Shown: positions 22,009-32,338, numbered from the stretch's first letter. The stretch: 64,000 nt of DNA from Campylobacterales bacterium (GCA_016937775.1 JAFGVX010000050.1:898-64897), one strand, 5' to 3'. The notes: generated by a model not told the origin, from the letters alone. Translations and numbers: made by a program.

Positions 22009-23034
22009 CTAGAACATTTCAAGCGGAGAAGATTTTTGCTTAGGTTTTTGAGCAGGTTCTTCAGCCTCTTCTTGGCTCTCAACAGCCGGATGAATGGAGT
22101 CTTCTTGTGTTTGATATATTTTTAAGAGAGTATCTTCAGATCCTCCTTCGGAAGATAAAATACCTTCATGTTGCGGTGTAATTGTATTTTTTGTCGTTGT
22201 TGAAAGTGTTTCATTTTTAGAAGATTGCTTGACTTTGTTGATATTGAAATCATACACAAGTCTTTTACCTGTATCTTTGATGACGGAAAAAGTTTCGGGT
22301 GAGAGGGAGTTTGAATAGTATTTTACTTTTGCAACTTTATAGTTGTCTTCTGTACTGATACTTTCGACTAAACCTACAGGTACATTTGCAAAAAATATAC
22401 CGTCAAGTCCGCTTGTGGTTACAAGATCACCGACTTTTATCTCATACCATTTAGGGATAAAGCTTACTTTCAAATATCTATAATCTTCTCCAAAAGCGAT
22501 TCCCGGGGCTTTATTTTTACCGATAAATACGGAAAATCTACACTTATCATCAGAGATGAGATATCCGTAAAATTGTCCATCTTGGACTTTTGCAACACCG
22601 CCGACTACATTGTTTTGAAGAAGACCGTAAAGTTTTGCTTCATCATTGATATCTTTAGGTTTTGTCAATATAATCTTTGAAAAACTGTTCAATTTCGTAT
22701 AGGATATCGTCTGTGTGAGTGTAATCTTATCAAGAGGCATTTTCTCTAAAGAGAGCATACTTTTATAGAGTGAGCGAAGTTGGTTGATATATTCTATTTG
22801 ATTTAAAAGCTGTTTTCTAAGGATGTCATTTTGTGATTTATATTTTTTGATTGCCTCTTTTTGAGAGAGGTATCTATCTTTTGTGTCTAGAATGGATTTT
22901 ATCATCTCATTATAAGACTGCTTTACCGGGTTGATAAGTTTTGTGGCATATCGACTGATAATATTTTCATCGTTTGTGCTAATAAGCCCTAAGATAAGTA
23001 TGAGGGCTATGATAGCAACAATTCTAGTCTTCAT
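22009..23034 (-). CDS. mreC: Rod shape-determining protein MreC
   Basis: 341 aa. N-terminal TM, coiled coil, beta-barrel domain, low-complexity acidic tail. Overlaps mreB. Confidence 0.8.
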   Translation of the reverse strand: MKTRIVAIIALILILGLISTNDENIISRYATKLINPVKQSYNEMIKSILDTKDRYLSQKEAIKKYKSQNDILRKQLLNQIEYINQLRSLYKSMLSLEKMPLDKITLTQTISYTKLNSFSKIILTKPKDINDEAKLYGLLQNNVVGGVAKVQDGQFYGYLISDDKCRFSVFIGKNKAPGIAFGEDYRYLKVSFIPKWYEIKVGDLVTTSGLDGIFFANVPVGLVESISTEDNYKVAKVKYYSNSLSPETFSVIKDTGKRLVYDFNINKVKQSSKNETLSTTTKNTITPQHEGILSSEGGSEDTLLKIYQTQEDSIHPAVESQEEAEEPAQKPKQKSSPLEMF

Positions 23035-24058
23035 ATGCCACTTGTTGGAGTATGTCTAATTGCTCTAACGCTTTACCTGTACCTCTTGTTACTGCAAGAA
23101 GCGGTTCATCGGCGATATAAACTGCCAATTTCACGGCATCTGAGAGGTATTTGTCAATTCCTCTAATAAGTGCACCACCACCTGTGAGGACGATGCCGTT
23201 TTCTACGATGTCGCCCGCAAGTTCAGGTGGAGTTTTTTGTAAGATATTTCCAAGTGCTTTAACAATCTCTTCAAGTGAATCTTTAATCGCTGCTCTAATA
23301 TGCTCGCTTGTGATATCAGCAGAGATGATTTTGCCTTCTAAAACATCTCTCCCGCTTACTTTTGTTTTAAGTTCTTCATCGAGTTGCACAGCAGTTCCTA
23401 TCTTAATCTTGAGATCTTCCGCAATTCTTTCACCGATTGCTAAATTGAAATTCTTTTTGACATACTCGATAATAGCTTGATCTAGTTTATCTCCTGCAAC
23501 TTTGATCGATTCGCATAAAACTAGACCGCCTAAGGATATAACACCGATTTCTGTAGTTCCTCCACCGATATCGACAATGAGGTTACCGTTTGGCTCTTTA
23601 ATCGGCAATCCTGCGCCAATCGCTGCTGCCATAGGCTCTTCTATGAGGTAAACATATCGTGCGCCCGCATTGATAGCAGATTCTTTTACTGCCTTTCTTT
23701 CAACTTGTGTTATGCCGTAAGGAACGCATATGATAACTCTAGGGCTAAAGAGTCTTTTTCTTTTATGTGCTTTTTCTATAAAATATCTAATCATCATTTC
23801 AGTTACATGAAAATCTGCAATAACCCCGTCTTTCATAGGTCTAATCGATTTTATATTGCCCGGTGTTTTCCCAACCATATCTTTTGCATCTTGTCCGACT
23901 GCTAAAATCTTCTCTTTGCCCATGTGATCATATTGAACTGCGACAACGGATGGCTCATTGATGACTATTCCGCTACCTTTCAATAGTACAAGCGTATTGG
24001 CAGTTCCTAAATCTATCGCTAAATCACTTGAGAAGAAACCTAAAATTTTTTTTATCAT
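23024..24058 (-). CDS. mreB: Rod shape-determining protein MreB
   Basis: 344 aa actin-like ATPase (DLGTANT, DIGGGTTE). Confidence 0.95.
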   Translation of the reverse strand: MIKKILGFFSSDLAIDLGTANTLVLLKGSGIVINEPSVVAVQYDHMGKEKILAVGQDAKDMVGKTPGNIKSIRPMKDGVIADFHVTEMMIRYFIEKAHKRKRLFSPRVIICVPYGITQVERKAVKESAINAGARYVYLIEEPMAAAIGAGLPIKEPNGNLIVDIGGGTTEIGVISLGGLVLCESIKVAGDKLDQAIIEYVKKNFNLAIGERIAEDLKIKIGTAVQLDEELKTKVSGRDVLEGKIISADITSEHIRAAIKDSLEEIVKALGNILQKTPPELAGDIVENGIVLTGGGALIRGIDKYLSDAVKLAVYIADEPLLAVTRGTGKALEQLDILQQVAYED

Positions 24059-24078
24059 AGCTGTATCCTTATTTTAAA

Positions 24079-25302
24079 TTATGCACTTTTTTTATTTTTG
24101 ATATAGAGTGGTTTTTTATTTTCATTAACACTCTCTTTAGTTATTATCACATCATATCCGTTTAGTTCAGGCAGTTCAAACATCGTCTCTAGGAGCAGAT
24201 CTTCAAGTATTGACCTCAGCCCTCTTGCTCCTGTTTTTCTGTTGATTGCTTTTTTTGCGATTGCAAGCAGTGCATCTTCTTCAAAGATAAGCGTTGCACC
24301 GTCAATAGCAAATATTTTTTTGTATTGACTGCAAAGAGAATTTTTTGGTTCGGTAAGTATCCGTACCATCTCATCTTCTCCTATTTTATTGAGTGTCGCA
24401 ATAACATGAAGTCTTCCGATGAGTTCAGGAATAAGCCCGAAATGGACAAGGTCATCGGGTTCTACTTCATGGATGATATTCTCATTTTCATCTCTGCTTC
24501 TTTTTTCTTGATTAAATCCTAAAACATTGGCGCCAAGCCTTCTTTTGATGGACTCATCAAGTCCGTCAAAAGCACCACCGCAGATGAAAAGTATGTTAGA
24601 TGTATCGATTTGGATAAACTCTTGATTTGGATGTTTTCGCCCGCCTTTTGGAGGTATGTTAACGATTGAACCCTCTATAATTTTTAAAAGAGCTTGCTGT
24701 ACACCTTCGCCGGAAACATCCCTGGTAATCGATCTATTTTCACCTGCTCTTGAAATTTTATCTATCTCATCGATAAAAACAATTCCGCGTTCGGCTTTTT
24801 CGATATCGCCATCAGCTACTTGATAGAGTTTTGTAAGAATATTTTCAACATCTTCGCCGACATAGCCTGCTTCAGTAAGTGTTGTTGCGTCAGCTATAGC
24901 TATAGGTACGTTTAAAAATCTCGCTATACTTTGCGCCAAAAGTGTTTTGCCGCTTCCCGTCGGTCCTATGAGGAGTATATTTGATTTTGAAATTTCGGTA
25001 TCATCACTCACGGCATCTTTTTTATAAATTCTTTTATAGTGGTTATAGACTGCAACCGAGAGTGTTTTTTTTGCTTCGTCTTGACCGATCACATACTCAT
25101 CAAGTAGTCTTTTTATCTCTTTTGGAGGGAGAAGTTCTCCATCAGGATTTACATCTGATTCATAATTTTCATCATCCCCAAAAAGAAGTTTATAGGCCGA
25201 TATAACACATGTTGCACAGATATAGACATCTTTGTCATGACCTGCTATGAAGGGGTTATCGTTGCCGTCGTTGATAGTTTGGCAAAAGCTACATTTTTTC
25301 AT
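24079..25302 (-). CDS. clpX: ATP-dependent Clp protease ATP-binding subunit ClpX
   Basis: 407 aa. N-terminal Cys4 zinc finger (CSFC...CATC), Walker A GPTGSGKT. Confidence 0.95.
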   Translation of the reverse strand: MKKCSFCQTINDGNDNPFIAGHDKDVYICATCVISAYKLLFGDDENYESDVNPDGELLPPKEIKRLLDEYVIGQDEAKKTLSVAVYNHYKRIYKKDAVSDDTEISKSNILLIGPTGSGKTLLAQSIARFLNVPIAIADATTLTEAGYVGEDVENILTKLYQVADGDIEKAERGIVFIDEIDKISRAGENRSITRDVSGEGVQQALLKIIEGSIVNIPPKGGRKHPNQEFIQIDTSNILFICGGAFDGLDESIKRRLGANVLGFNQEKRSRDENENIIHEVEPDDLVHFGLIPELIGRLHVIATLNKIGEDEMVRILTEPKNSLCSQYKKIFAIDGATLIFEEDALLAIAKKAINRKTGARGLRSILEDLLLETMFELPELNGYDVIITKESVNENKKPLYIKNKKSA

Positions 25303-26087
25303 AATTGTTCATTCCTTTTAAATGGGATCCCTCTTTTGGAATCCAATATAAAGCGACACATATATTTTACATTTGGGTTTTCACTCGTTTCAAAAAGAGC
25401 AGAAGCAACATCTTGAAGTGGTTTTTTGCTCTCAAAGAGTTCCCTATAGGTTGATTTAAGTGCATTGATGTCATCTTTTGTAAAATTTCTTCTTAGACCT
25501 GTGAGATTAAGACCTCTTAGATAGGCTCTGTTGCCTTCAGCGAGACAATATGGCGGTATATCCTGAGAGAGTGCGCTTGCGCCTGCTATCATAGCATAAT
25601 CTCCTATATGAACGAATTGATGAATAGGAGTAAGACCGCCGATAACCACATAATTGCCAAGTTCAACATGCCCTGCAAGCGTTGCTCCATTTGCCAATAT
25701 ACAATGATCACCCAAGATAACATCATGACCTAGATGTACATATCCCATAAGCAAGTTATCGCTACCGACTCGCGTAACACCGCCACCACCTTGTGTACCG
25801 GGATTGAGTAGTGTATATTCTCTGATACGGTTATTATCGCCGATTATAAGTTCAACACGTTCACCTGCATATTTGAGGTCCTGTGGGATGGAGCCGATCG
25901 TTGCATGAGAGAATATTTGATTATTGGCACCTATTGTCGTAATGCCTTCAATTACCGTATGTGATCCTATGCTTGTACCATTTCCGATACCTACTTCTTT
26001 ACCAATAAATGCATATGCACCTATTGAAACATCTTCACCAATCTTCGCTCCATCTTCTATGATTGCTGTTGGGTGAATATTTTTCAT
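25299..26087 (-). CDS. lpxA: Acyl-ACP--UDP-GlcNAc O-acyltransferase
   Basis: 262 aa. Left-handed beta-helix hexapeptide repeats plus the LpxA C-terminal helical domain. Confidence 0.9.
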   Translation of the reverse strand: MKNIHPTAIIEDGAKIGEDVSIGAYAFIGKEVGIGNGTSIGSHTVIEGITTIGANNQIFSHATIGSIPQDLKYAGERVELIIGDNNRIREYTLLNPGTQGGGGVTRVGSDNLLMGYVHLGHDVILGDHCILANGATLAGHVELGNYVVIGGLTPIHQFVHIGDYAMIAGASALSQDIPPYCLAEGNRAYLRGLNLTGLRRNFTKDDINALKSTYRELFESKKPLQDVASALFETSENPNVKYMCRFILDSKRGIPFKRNEQL

Positions 26088-26530
26088 TATTTGTCCACTA
26101 TCATTGCTTTGAGTTCCGCTTCGCTTACTAGAGTATCATCCACATATGCTTTGCCTTCTAATACCCAAATAGCACCTTTGTGTTTTGTAACGCGCATTCT
26201 ATACTCAAGTTTATCACCGGGTTTAACGGGTTGGCGAAACTTCGCAGCGTCTATGCTCATGAAATAGACAACTTTTTTTGCTGCCTCTGCTTCGCTCATG
26301 TTCATACTTTGAAATGCTAAGATTCCACCTGCTTGTGCCATACCCTCCAATATCATCACTCCAGGGTAAATCGGATGATCGGGAAAGTGTCCCTGAAATA
26401 CCGGTTCTGATATAGAGATATTTTTATACCCTATGACATATTCATCCTTTTTAAGATCACTTATTCTATCTACCAATAAAAAGGGATATCTATGGGGGAG
26501 TATCTTCTGTATATCTGTAACATCTAGCAC
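26087..26530 (-). CDS. fabZ: 3-hydroxyacyl-ACP dehydratase FabZ
   Basis: 147 aa. [11 protein letters not shown] and FQGHFP motifs. Confidence 0.95.
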   Translation of the reverse strand: MLDVTDIQKILPHRYPFLLVDRISDLKKDEYVIGYKNISISEPVFQGHFPDHPIYPGVMILEGMAQAGGILAFQSMNMSEAEAAKKVVYFMSIDAAKFRQPVKPGDKLEYRMRVTKHKGAIWVLEGKAYVDDTLVSEAELKAMIVDK

Positions 26531-26601
26531 AATTTACCTCTTGAATAAAAATTTCATTATTTTAACAAACATATCATAAGAGTAGGGTTTGTAAAAGAGG
26601 A

Positions 26602-27681
26602 TTAATCTGTTAATTTAATGATTTGACGAATATCCTCATAAATTTCGCTTTGAGAGTATATTTCAAGCTTTGCATTTATCTTTTCTTGAAGAACTATAAT
26701 TGTGCTTAAATTATAGGGATTTTGAGTCAATTTTTTCCTGATTTGAAGTTCTTTTTTAAAACTCGGTGGATTGTAAATAAGCGCTCTAACATCTTTATAG
26801 TTTGCATTCCCCATTTCGTTGTAATGAGCAAGTGTGATAAAGAGTACTTCATCTCTATTTAGATAGCCCATCTTTTCACCCCACATGATTTTACCTCGAG
26901 TGTAGCCTTTTTGAAGTGTAGAGTAGGGTAGAAAGTGCGAAGCAATCACTTGATCTTTACAAGAAACATAAGCTCTTTTGAGCCTATAATTGAGAAATCT
27001 CTCTTTTTTGATGATATATTTTTGGGATTTTTCTTCAAGTCGGCATCGTTTTTCATAAAGCTCTATCTTCTCTTCGATTGAATCAGGTAATATCTGCGTG
27101 CTTAAAGGGGAGAAGAGTTCATCGGCAATCTTTTTTTGTTGCTCTCTTTGTTGAGTGAGCCCGAAAAGACAACCACAGTAATCTTGCCTGTAGAGTTTAT
27201 CTTGCTTGGCAATAATATTTTGCTCCTGAGTACCTCCGTTTAAGCGATAATCAGGTGTTATAAAAGTAAGTTCATATCGCTTAGCAATTATATTCCCGGA
27301 TTTTTTTAATTGTGCGATGGATTTTTTTGGACTTACGAGAAGCGTGGAGGTAAAAGTATTTTCTTCTAATTCTTTGGCTTTTTGGGCACTTATTTCAAGG
27401 CGATCATCAAAACATACTGAACATCGAGCGCCTTTTTCCGGTTCATTTTCGAGTCCCGAGACGCTTTTGAGCCAACTAGCGGTATCATAAATACCTTCAA
27501 CAAGCTCAACTCCTAGCATCTTACAACTTCTTTTAACATCTAAAAGCCGCAAATAATATTCACTGTAGGGGTGGATATTGGGATCATAAAAAAATCCGAT
27601 AAGTTTCTCATTAGGATGCTCTTTTTTGAGTTTTTGTAAGAAGTAATGACTATCGACGGAGCAGCAGATATGCACAAGCAT
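26602..27681 (-). CDS. queH: Epoxyqueuosine reductase QueH (DUF208) with a C-terminal extension of about 170 aa
   Basis: 359 aa. HICC at the N-terminus, CSVC and YCGC motifs within roughly the first 185 aa. Confidence 0.7.
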   Translation of the reverse strand: MLVHICCSVDSHYFLQKLKKEHPNEKLIGFFYDPNIHPYSEYYLRLLDVKRSCKMLGVELVEGIYDTASWLKSVSGLENEPEKGARCSVCFDDRLEISAQKAKELEENTFTSTLLVSPKKSIAQLKKSGNIIAKRYELTFITPDYRLNGGTQEQNIIAKQDKLYRQDYCGCLFGLTQQREQQKKIADELFSPLSTQILPDSIEEKIELYEKRCRLEEKSQKYIIKKERFLNYRLKRAYVSCKDQVIASHFLPYSTLQKGYTRGKIMWGEKMGYLNRDEVLFITLAHYNEMGNANYKDVRALIYNPPSFKKELQIRKKLTQNPYNLSTIIVLQEKINAKLEIYSQSEIYEDIRQIIKLTD

Positions 27682-28719
27682 TTAACGCTCCATAATGATT
27701 TTTGCAACATTTTCACTGCTGCCATGATTAAGATATTTTTTGAGAGTAGCTGTTTTTTGTAAAAAAGTATCTCTATCCATATTTTTATAATGCATAAGAA
27801 GATTTTTTACATTAACATCGCTTTGAACGATTTCTTCGTGCAATATTGAGCCATCGACTCTATTCAAAATAATATTAGCAAGCCCTATCTGCTTGATACC
27901 GAATATCTTCGTACCTATAAAAAAGTCCATTTTTTTAGCAATATATGTGAGTATAAATGGTGTACCAATAAGTGCGGCTTCAAGTGTTGCGGTACCGCTA
28001 CAGATAAAAGCAAATTCGCTTTGAGCGAGAGCAATATGTGTGTCGCGAATAATCTCAAAATCGTTCGTATCACCGTAATATTCTTCTACCTTTTGTTCGC
28101 TAAAAGTAGCAGGAACAACAAGGAATGATCTTTTGTTTGGTAGCTTCTCTTTGAGTGCTTTAAAAATAGGAAAAAGTCTTTGTATCTCACTTTTCCTACT
28201 TCCCGGTAAAAAGGCGATCGTCCCATCGTTTTTTGCAGTATTAGAGATTTTAATCTCATCAAGAAGAGGGTGACCGACATATTTTGCTTTACCACTCTTA
28301 TAGTAGTCTATCTCAAAAGGGAGGATGCCTAAAAGTTTATCGCAATAAAGCTCTAGTTTTTTTACTCTTTTTGGTCTGCTTGCCCAAATTTGTGGCAATA
28401 TGTAGTAGATAATCTCTTTATCAGGATAATACTCTTTTATTTTTTGAGCTAAAGGCAGATTGAAGCCTGAGCTATCCATAAGGAGCACTTTGTCTGCATC
28501 TTTTGCTAAGAGTGTCATCTTTTTGAGTAGCCCTTTAAAAAAAGCTATCTTCTTAAATACATCACTTATTCCCATAATCGCCATTTGGCTAATATCACAC
28601 AACGGTTTTCCCAAAGAGTCTTCAAATATACCGCTTAGCTCGATATCATGAGTGTGTTGCAACATTGCTTTGAGGTGAACATTGGATGATGGCTCAAGTG
28701 CAGATACAAGGAGTTTCAT
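27682..28719 (-). CDS. lpxB: Lipid-A-disaccharide synthase
   Basis: 345 aa. GT19-like, LVSALEPSSN N-terminus. Abuts queH. Confidence 0.85.
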   Translation of the reverse strand: MKLLVSALEPSSNVHLKAMLQHTHDIELSGIFEDSLGKPLCDISQMAIMGISDVFKKIAFFKGLLKKMTLLAKDADKVLLMDSSGFNLPLAQKIKEYYPDKEIIYYILPQIWASRPKRVKKLELYCDKLLGILPFEIDYYKSGKAKYVGHPLLDEIKISNTAKNDGTIAFLPGSRKSEIQRLFPIFKALKEKLPNKRSFLVVPATFSEQKVEEYYGDTNDFEIIRDTHIALAQSEFAFICSGTATLEAALIGTPFILTYIAKKMDFFIGTKIFGIKQIGLANIILNRVDGSILHEEIVQSDVNVKNLLMHYKNMDRDTFLQKTATLKKYLNHGSSENVAKIIMER

Positions 28720-28772
28720 TTATGCTATCTCATAAGTGTTTTTTAAGTTATATAGATATAAAAATAGCAAGT

Positions 28773-29159
28773 TTACTCTTGTATTCTTGGTTTACAAGTA
28801 AGTAAAGAGAGTCCACCGCCGATACCGAGACAAATAAGAACAAAAATAACTGAAGCAAACCATTGCGCAAGAGTAGAGACTCCAAGCGCGATATTTATAA
28901 GTCCAAAGAGCCAAACGGCTATTCCAACATACCCAAGATAGTTAAATCTCTCTTTTACCTCTTTTTTATAGAGGCATCCAACGACCCAAAAACCTACAGA
29001 TACTGTGATAATATTTAAGATAGCAATAGTTCCCATTATTATTTCCGGATCCATTACTCCTTTGGCTCCTAAGGTTATACCGCTTATAAGCCCGCCCAAG
29101 AATGATAAACCAATTATGATAACTACATCTCTTATATACATCGCTTTGTTCATTGACAC
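28773..29159 (-). CDS. Hypothetical 4-TM membrane protein
   Basis: 128 aa, strongly hydrophobic, no recognisable motif. Confidence 0.5.
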   Translation of the reverse strand: MSMNKAMYIRDVVIIIGLSFLGGLISGITLGAKGVMDPEIIMGTIAILNIITVSVGFWVVGCLYKKEVKERFNYLGYVGIAVWLFGLINIALGVSTLAQWFASVIFVLICLGIGGGLSLLTCKPRIQE

Positions 29160-29201
29160 TCCTTTGATAAATGATAAATGTATTTTATTGTAATTTATAT
29201 A

Positions 29202-29339
29202 TTATCTTCTTGTTTTATTTTTAGAAATCAAAAGTGATAATCCTCCGCCAAGTATCATAAAAATAAAAATAGGGATGATTGAAGAGAACCATTGGATCAT
29301 TGATGTGAGTCTAAAAGACATATAAGCTCTAAAATTCAT
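29202..29339 (-). CDS. 45-aa small membrane protein, paralogous to the C-terminus of the adjacent 128-aa protein (below the ORF-track cutoff)
   Basis: Hand translation: MNFRAYMSFRLTSMIQWFSSIIPIFIFMILGGGLSLLISKNKTRR, compared with ...LAQWFASVIFVLICLGIGGGLSLLTCKPRIQE. AGGAA lies 8 nt upstream of the ATG. Confidence 0.4.
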   Translation of the reverse strand: MNFRAYMSFRLTSMIQWFSSIIPIFIFMILGGGLSLLISKNKTRR

Positions 29340-29406
29340 ATTTTAATTCCTACATATTTGTACGTTCCACAAAATAAAAAGTTTTAAAATAATAAGATAA
29401 GCATTT

Positions 29407-30777
29407 TTACAGTACTCCGGCAATCAAAAACGCTACTGCTGCTAAAGCTCCTGCGATGAGCGCATAGGGAAGCTGCGTGCGTACATGATCGATAGGCTCA
29501 CAGCCTGTAGCTGTTGCTGATATGATTGTCGTATCAGAGATAGGAGATGCATGATCGCCAAAGACACCACCGGAGATAACCGCACCTATCATAAGTGGTA
29601 TATTAAGCCCCATATCTGCTCCCATTGCCAAAGAAATCGGCATCATCACAGAAAAGGTTCCCCAGCTTGTTCCTGTGGCAAAAGCCGTGATTGCCGAGAT
29701 GAGAAAGATAAGCATCGGTATCAAGATAGGGGGTATGGATTCGCTCACTAAAGAGCTCAGATACCCGGCAGTATCAAGATCGCCTATGACTTTACCTATC
29801 AAAAATGCAAGTATCATGATGATGCCCAGTGGCAACATATCACTTAAGCCTTTATAGAATGCCTCAAAATACCCTTTGTGTGTGAGTTTTTTTCTCGGCA
29901 CAAAAAAGAGATACATAAAAAGCAACGAGATAACCACAGCATAATAGACCGAAGTTGACCCGCTTCCTTGAAATATATCGCCTTTACCCGTGATATAGAG
30001 ACCAATAGGAACCAAAAGGACAAGCACGCCGATAGGCAAGAGCATATCATAGAGGTTGGCTTTGGTTTTTGCTTGATCGTTTGCTATGAACTCTCTCGCT
30101 TTATACTCTCCCATCGGTCTTAGATTGATGTCTTTTTTGATAACGAAAAAAACCATGATTACAGTGATAATCGCATAGAAGTTATAGGGTATTGAGTGCA
30201 TAAGCAGATCAACTTCAGTGCCTTGTATGACATTGGAGTTTATAGCTGTGGCGATAAGTCCTAAAAGGAGTGCTCCCCAGCCATTGAGTGGAATGAGTGA
30301 ACACACCGGTGCTGAAGTGGAGTCACAGATGTAAGCAAGCTTTTCTCTGCTGACCCCATTTTTATCGCATAGCGGTTGTGATACGACGCCTGCAACTAAG
30401 ACGGTGATGGATGATTCGATGAAGATGACGATACCGATGATGTAGGCTAAAAACATCGCCCCTTTTGGTGAGTCAATCGATTGCGATTTTTGGCTGAGAT
30501 AATCCACAAAGCTATCAATAGCCCCGGCTCTTTTGAGGATAGCGATGATTGAGCCGACAAGCATGACAAAAAGGATTGTTTTTGTCATCCAGCCTTCGCT
30601 AAAAATACCGACAATCCCCTCTAAAAGCATCTTAAAGGCTTCAAAAAATGAATAATTCGTGAGTACTAAAAAACCAAGAAATATCCCTCCAAAAAGGGAG
30701 ACTACGACATCTTTTGTTATAATGGCTAAAATGATTGCCAGTAGAGGCACTATGAGTGAAACGATTCCATATTCCAT
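29407..30777 (-). CDS. nhaC: Na+/H+ antiporter, NhaC family
   Basis: Polytopic transporter. I place the start at MEYGIVS (30777), because the 33 extra codons of the 489-aa ORF overlap the divergent gene starting at 30794. Confidence 0.7.
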   Translation of the reverse strand: MEYGIVSLIVPLLAIILAIITKDVVVSLFGGIFLGFLVLTNYSFFEAFKMLLEGIVGIFSEGWMTKTILFVMLVGSIIAILKRAGAIDSFVDYLSQKSQSIDSPKGAMFLAYIIGIVIFIESSITVLVAGVVSQPLCDKNGVSREKLAYICDSTSAPVCSLIPLNGWGALLLGLIATAINSNVIQGTEVDLLMHSIPYNFYAIITVIMVFFVIKKDINLRPMGEYKAREFIANDQAKTKANLYDMLLPIGVLVLLVPIGLYITGKGDIFQGSGSTSVYYAVVISLLFMYLFFVPRKKLTHKGYFEAFYKGLSDMLPLGIIMILAFLIGKVIGDLDTAGYLSSLVSESIPPILIPMLIFLISAITAFATGTSWGTFSVMMPISLAMGADMGLNIPLMIGAVISGGVFGDHASPISDTTIISATATGCEPIDHVRTQLPYALIAGALAAVAFLIAGVL

Positions 30778-30793
30778 GAGAGGATTATAGCAT

Positions 30794-31498
30794 ATGCGTA
30801 GATTAATTATACTTGTTTTTATTAGTCTTCTTTTTCTCGGTGCAGATGAGAAAATAGATGAAAGTTCACAACTCATCCTTGTAAGTACGAATGATTGGAA
30901 TACATCAAGCGGTGTGCTCCAAAAGTACCAAAAAGAGGGTGGACAGTGGTATAAGATAGGAGATGATGTAGCGATTAAAGTCGGTGAGAATGGTTTAGGA
31001 TGGGGGATTGGACTACATAAAACTCCAGCAGATGCACCCTATATAAAAAAAGAGGGGGATAGAAGAGCACCCGCGGGCATATTTCGGCTCAAAAATGCTT
31101 TTGGATATGACGCTTTGGATATACGCTATCCATATGAAGAGATGAGTAAGGATTTTCACTGTGTTGATGATAGTGACTCGAAGTATTATAATAAGATAGT
31201 CGACAGCAAAAAAGTAAAAAAAGATTATAACAGTTATGAAGTGATGGAGTTTGATAAAAACTATTATAAATATGGGTTAGTTGTAGATCACAATCCAAAA
31301 GCAGTGCCACTTAAAGGCTCTTGCATCTTTTTGCATATCAAATCCATCCCTACAATGGGATGCACGGCGATGAGCGAAGAAGCGATGCTAGAGTTGCTCA
31401 AATGGCTTGATCCTCTCAAAAATCCTCTGATTATCCAAGCACCAAAGGGTGAAATAGTGGATTTGTTGCAACAAGTAGGTATCACTCTTAGTCTCTGA
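30794..31498 (+). CDS. Secreted L,D-transpeptidase-fold (YkuD-like) protein
   Basis: 234 aa. Signal peptide, catalytic-type region GSCIFLHIKS...GCTAM (His ... Gly-Cys). Confidence 0.6.
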   Translation: MRRLIILVFISLLFLGADEKIDESSQLILVSTNDWNTSSGVLQKYQKEGGQWYKIGDDVAIKVGENGLGWGIGLHKTPADAPYIKKEGDRRAPAGIFRLKNAFGYDALDIRYPYEEMSKDFHCVDDSDSKYYNKIVDSKKVKKDYNSYEVMEFDKNYYKYGLVVDHNPKAVPLKGSCIFLHIKSIPTMGCTAMSEEAMLELLKWLDPLKNPLIIQAPKGEIVDLLQQVGITLSL

Positions 31499-31524
31499 TA
31501 TTGGTTATTGGTTATTGGTTATGG
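31499..31524. repeat. Tandem heptamer TATTGGT, about 3.6 copies
   Basis: tattggt tattggt tattggt tatgg directly after the stop codon and abutting the next repeat module. Confidence 0.8.
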
Positions 31525-31591
31525 ATTGCCACGAAGCTAAAGCTTCTCGCAATGACTGCGACTGTCATCGCGAGCGTAGCGCGGCGATCCA
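31523..31591. repeat. Family-B palindromic composite element (about 70 nt)
   Basis: ggattgccacgaagctaaagcttctcgcaatgac + tgcgact + gtcatcgcgagcgtagcgcggcgatcc. The ends are near-perfect inverted repeats and the centre is ATGAC/GTCAT. Confidence 0.8.
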
Positions 31592-31636
31592 CAATGCGGT
31601 GACAAAAACACCTCAATGTTTACGCTTAACGCTATA

Positions 31637-32338
31637 TTAATACGGATTTATCCTATACTCCACATTGAAGATAATTTTCGTCATTGTCTTTGGTTTGGGG
31701 TAATTTTTATAGGCTATCTTTATAACCTCAAGAGTATTTCTATCAAGGATGGCATACCCCATCCTTCTTATGAGTCTGAGATTTGTGATATCTCCGTTTG
31801 GATGTAGATCAAAAGAGACTATGTTCACTCCTTGCTGCATCGTTTGGAGTGCGGCTTCTGGGTAGCCGTTTTGTGTGAGTGTCCTCTGCGTGATATAGTG
31901 AATCTCATCAAGATTATCTTCAATAAATTTCTTTTGAGTGGGTGTAAATTTATCAAATGATGTACCGTACAATCTCCTAATTTTTTGATCGACACTTGGT
32001 ATTGGTTTTTGATATGACTTACTCTCTTTCATAAGCGCATTTGCAAGCGGTGATGTGCTTTTATAGTTTATTTTTACAGGAATTTTTTTCACTATTTTCG
32101 GTTTTTCTTTCGTGGGTTCTTGTTTTTTGATGGTTTCTTTTTTGGGGGTTTCGGGTTGTATTTTTGCTTTTTGAGGCGGTTTTGGTGCCGGAGTTACTGT
32201 TTGAAAATTAACAAGTAGTATCTCTTGTTTATCACTTTTTTTTGTAGGATAAACGAGCTCTTGTTTATTTGTAAAAAACAGTAAAACGATAAGTAGATGG
32301 ATAAGCAGTGAGATCAAAACCGCTTGCATCATCCTCAT
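31637..32338 (-). CDS. tonB: Energy transducer TonB
   Basis: 233 aa. N-terminal anchor, Pro/Lys-rich spacer (PAPKPPQKAKIQPETPKKE), C-terminal TonB domain. Confidence 0.75.
   Translation of the reverse strand: MRMMQAVLISLLIHLLIVLLFFTNKQELVYPTKKSDKQEILLVNFQTVTPAPKPPQKAKIQPETPKKETIKKQEPTKEKPKIVKKIPVKINYKSTSPLANALMKESKSYQKPIPSVDQKIRRLYGTSFDKFTPTQKKFIEDNLDEIHYITQRTLTQNGYPEAALQTMQQGVNIVSFDLHPNGDITNLRLIRRMGYAILDRNTLEVIKIAYKNYPKPKTMTKIIFNVEYRINPY

Noticed and set aside
30778-30876. 33-codon N-terminal extension of the NhaC-family ORF
   Set aside because: The extension overlaps the divergently transcribed gene starting at 30794 and is not hydrophobic. The transporter-like sequence begins at MEYGIVS (30777).
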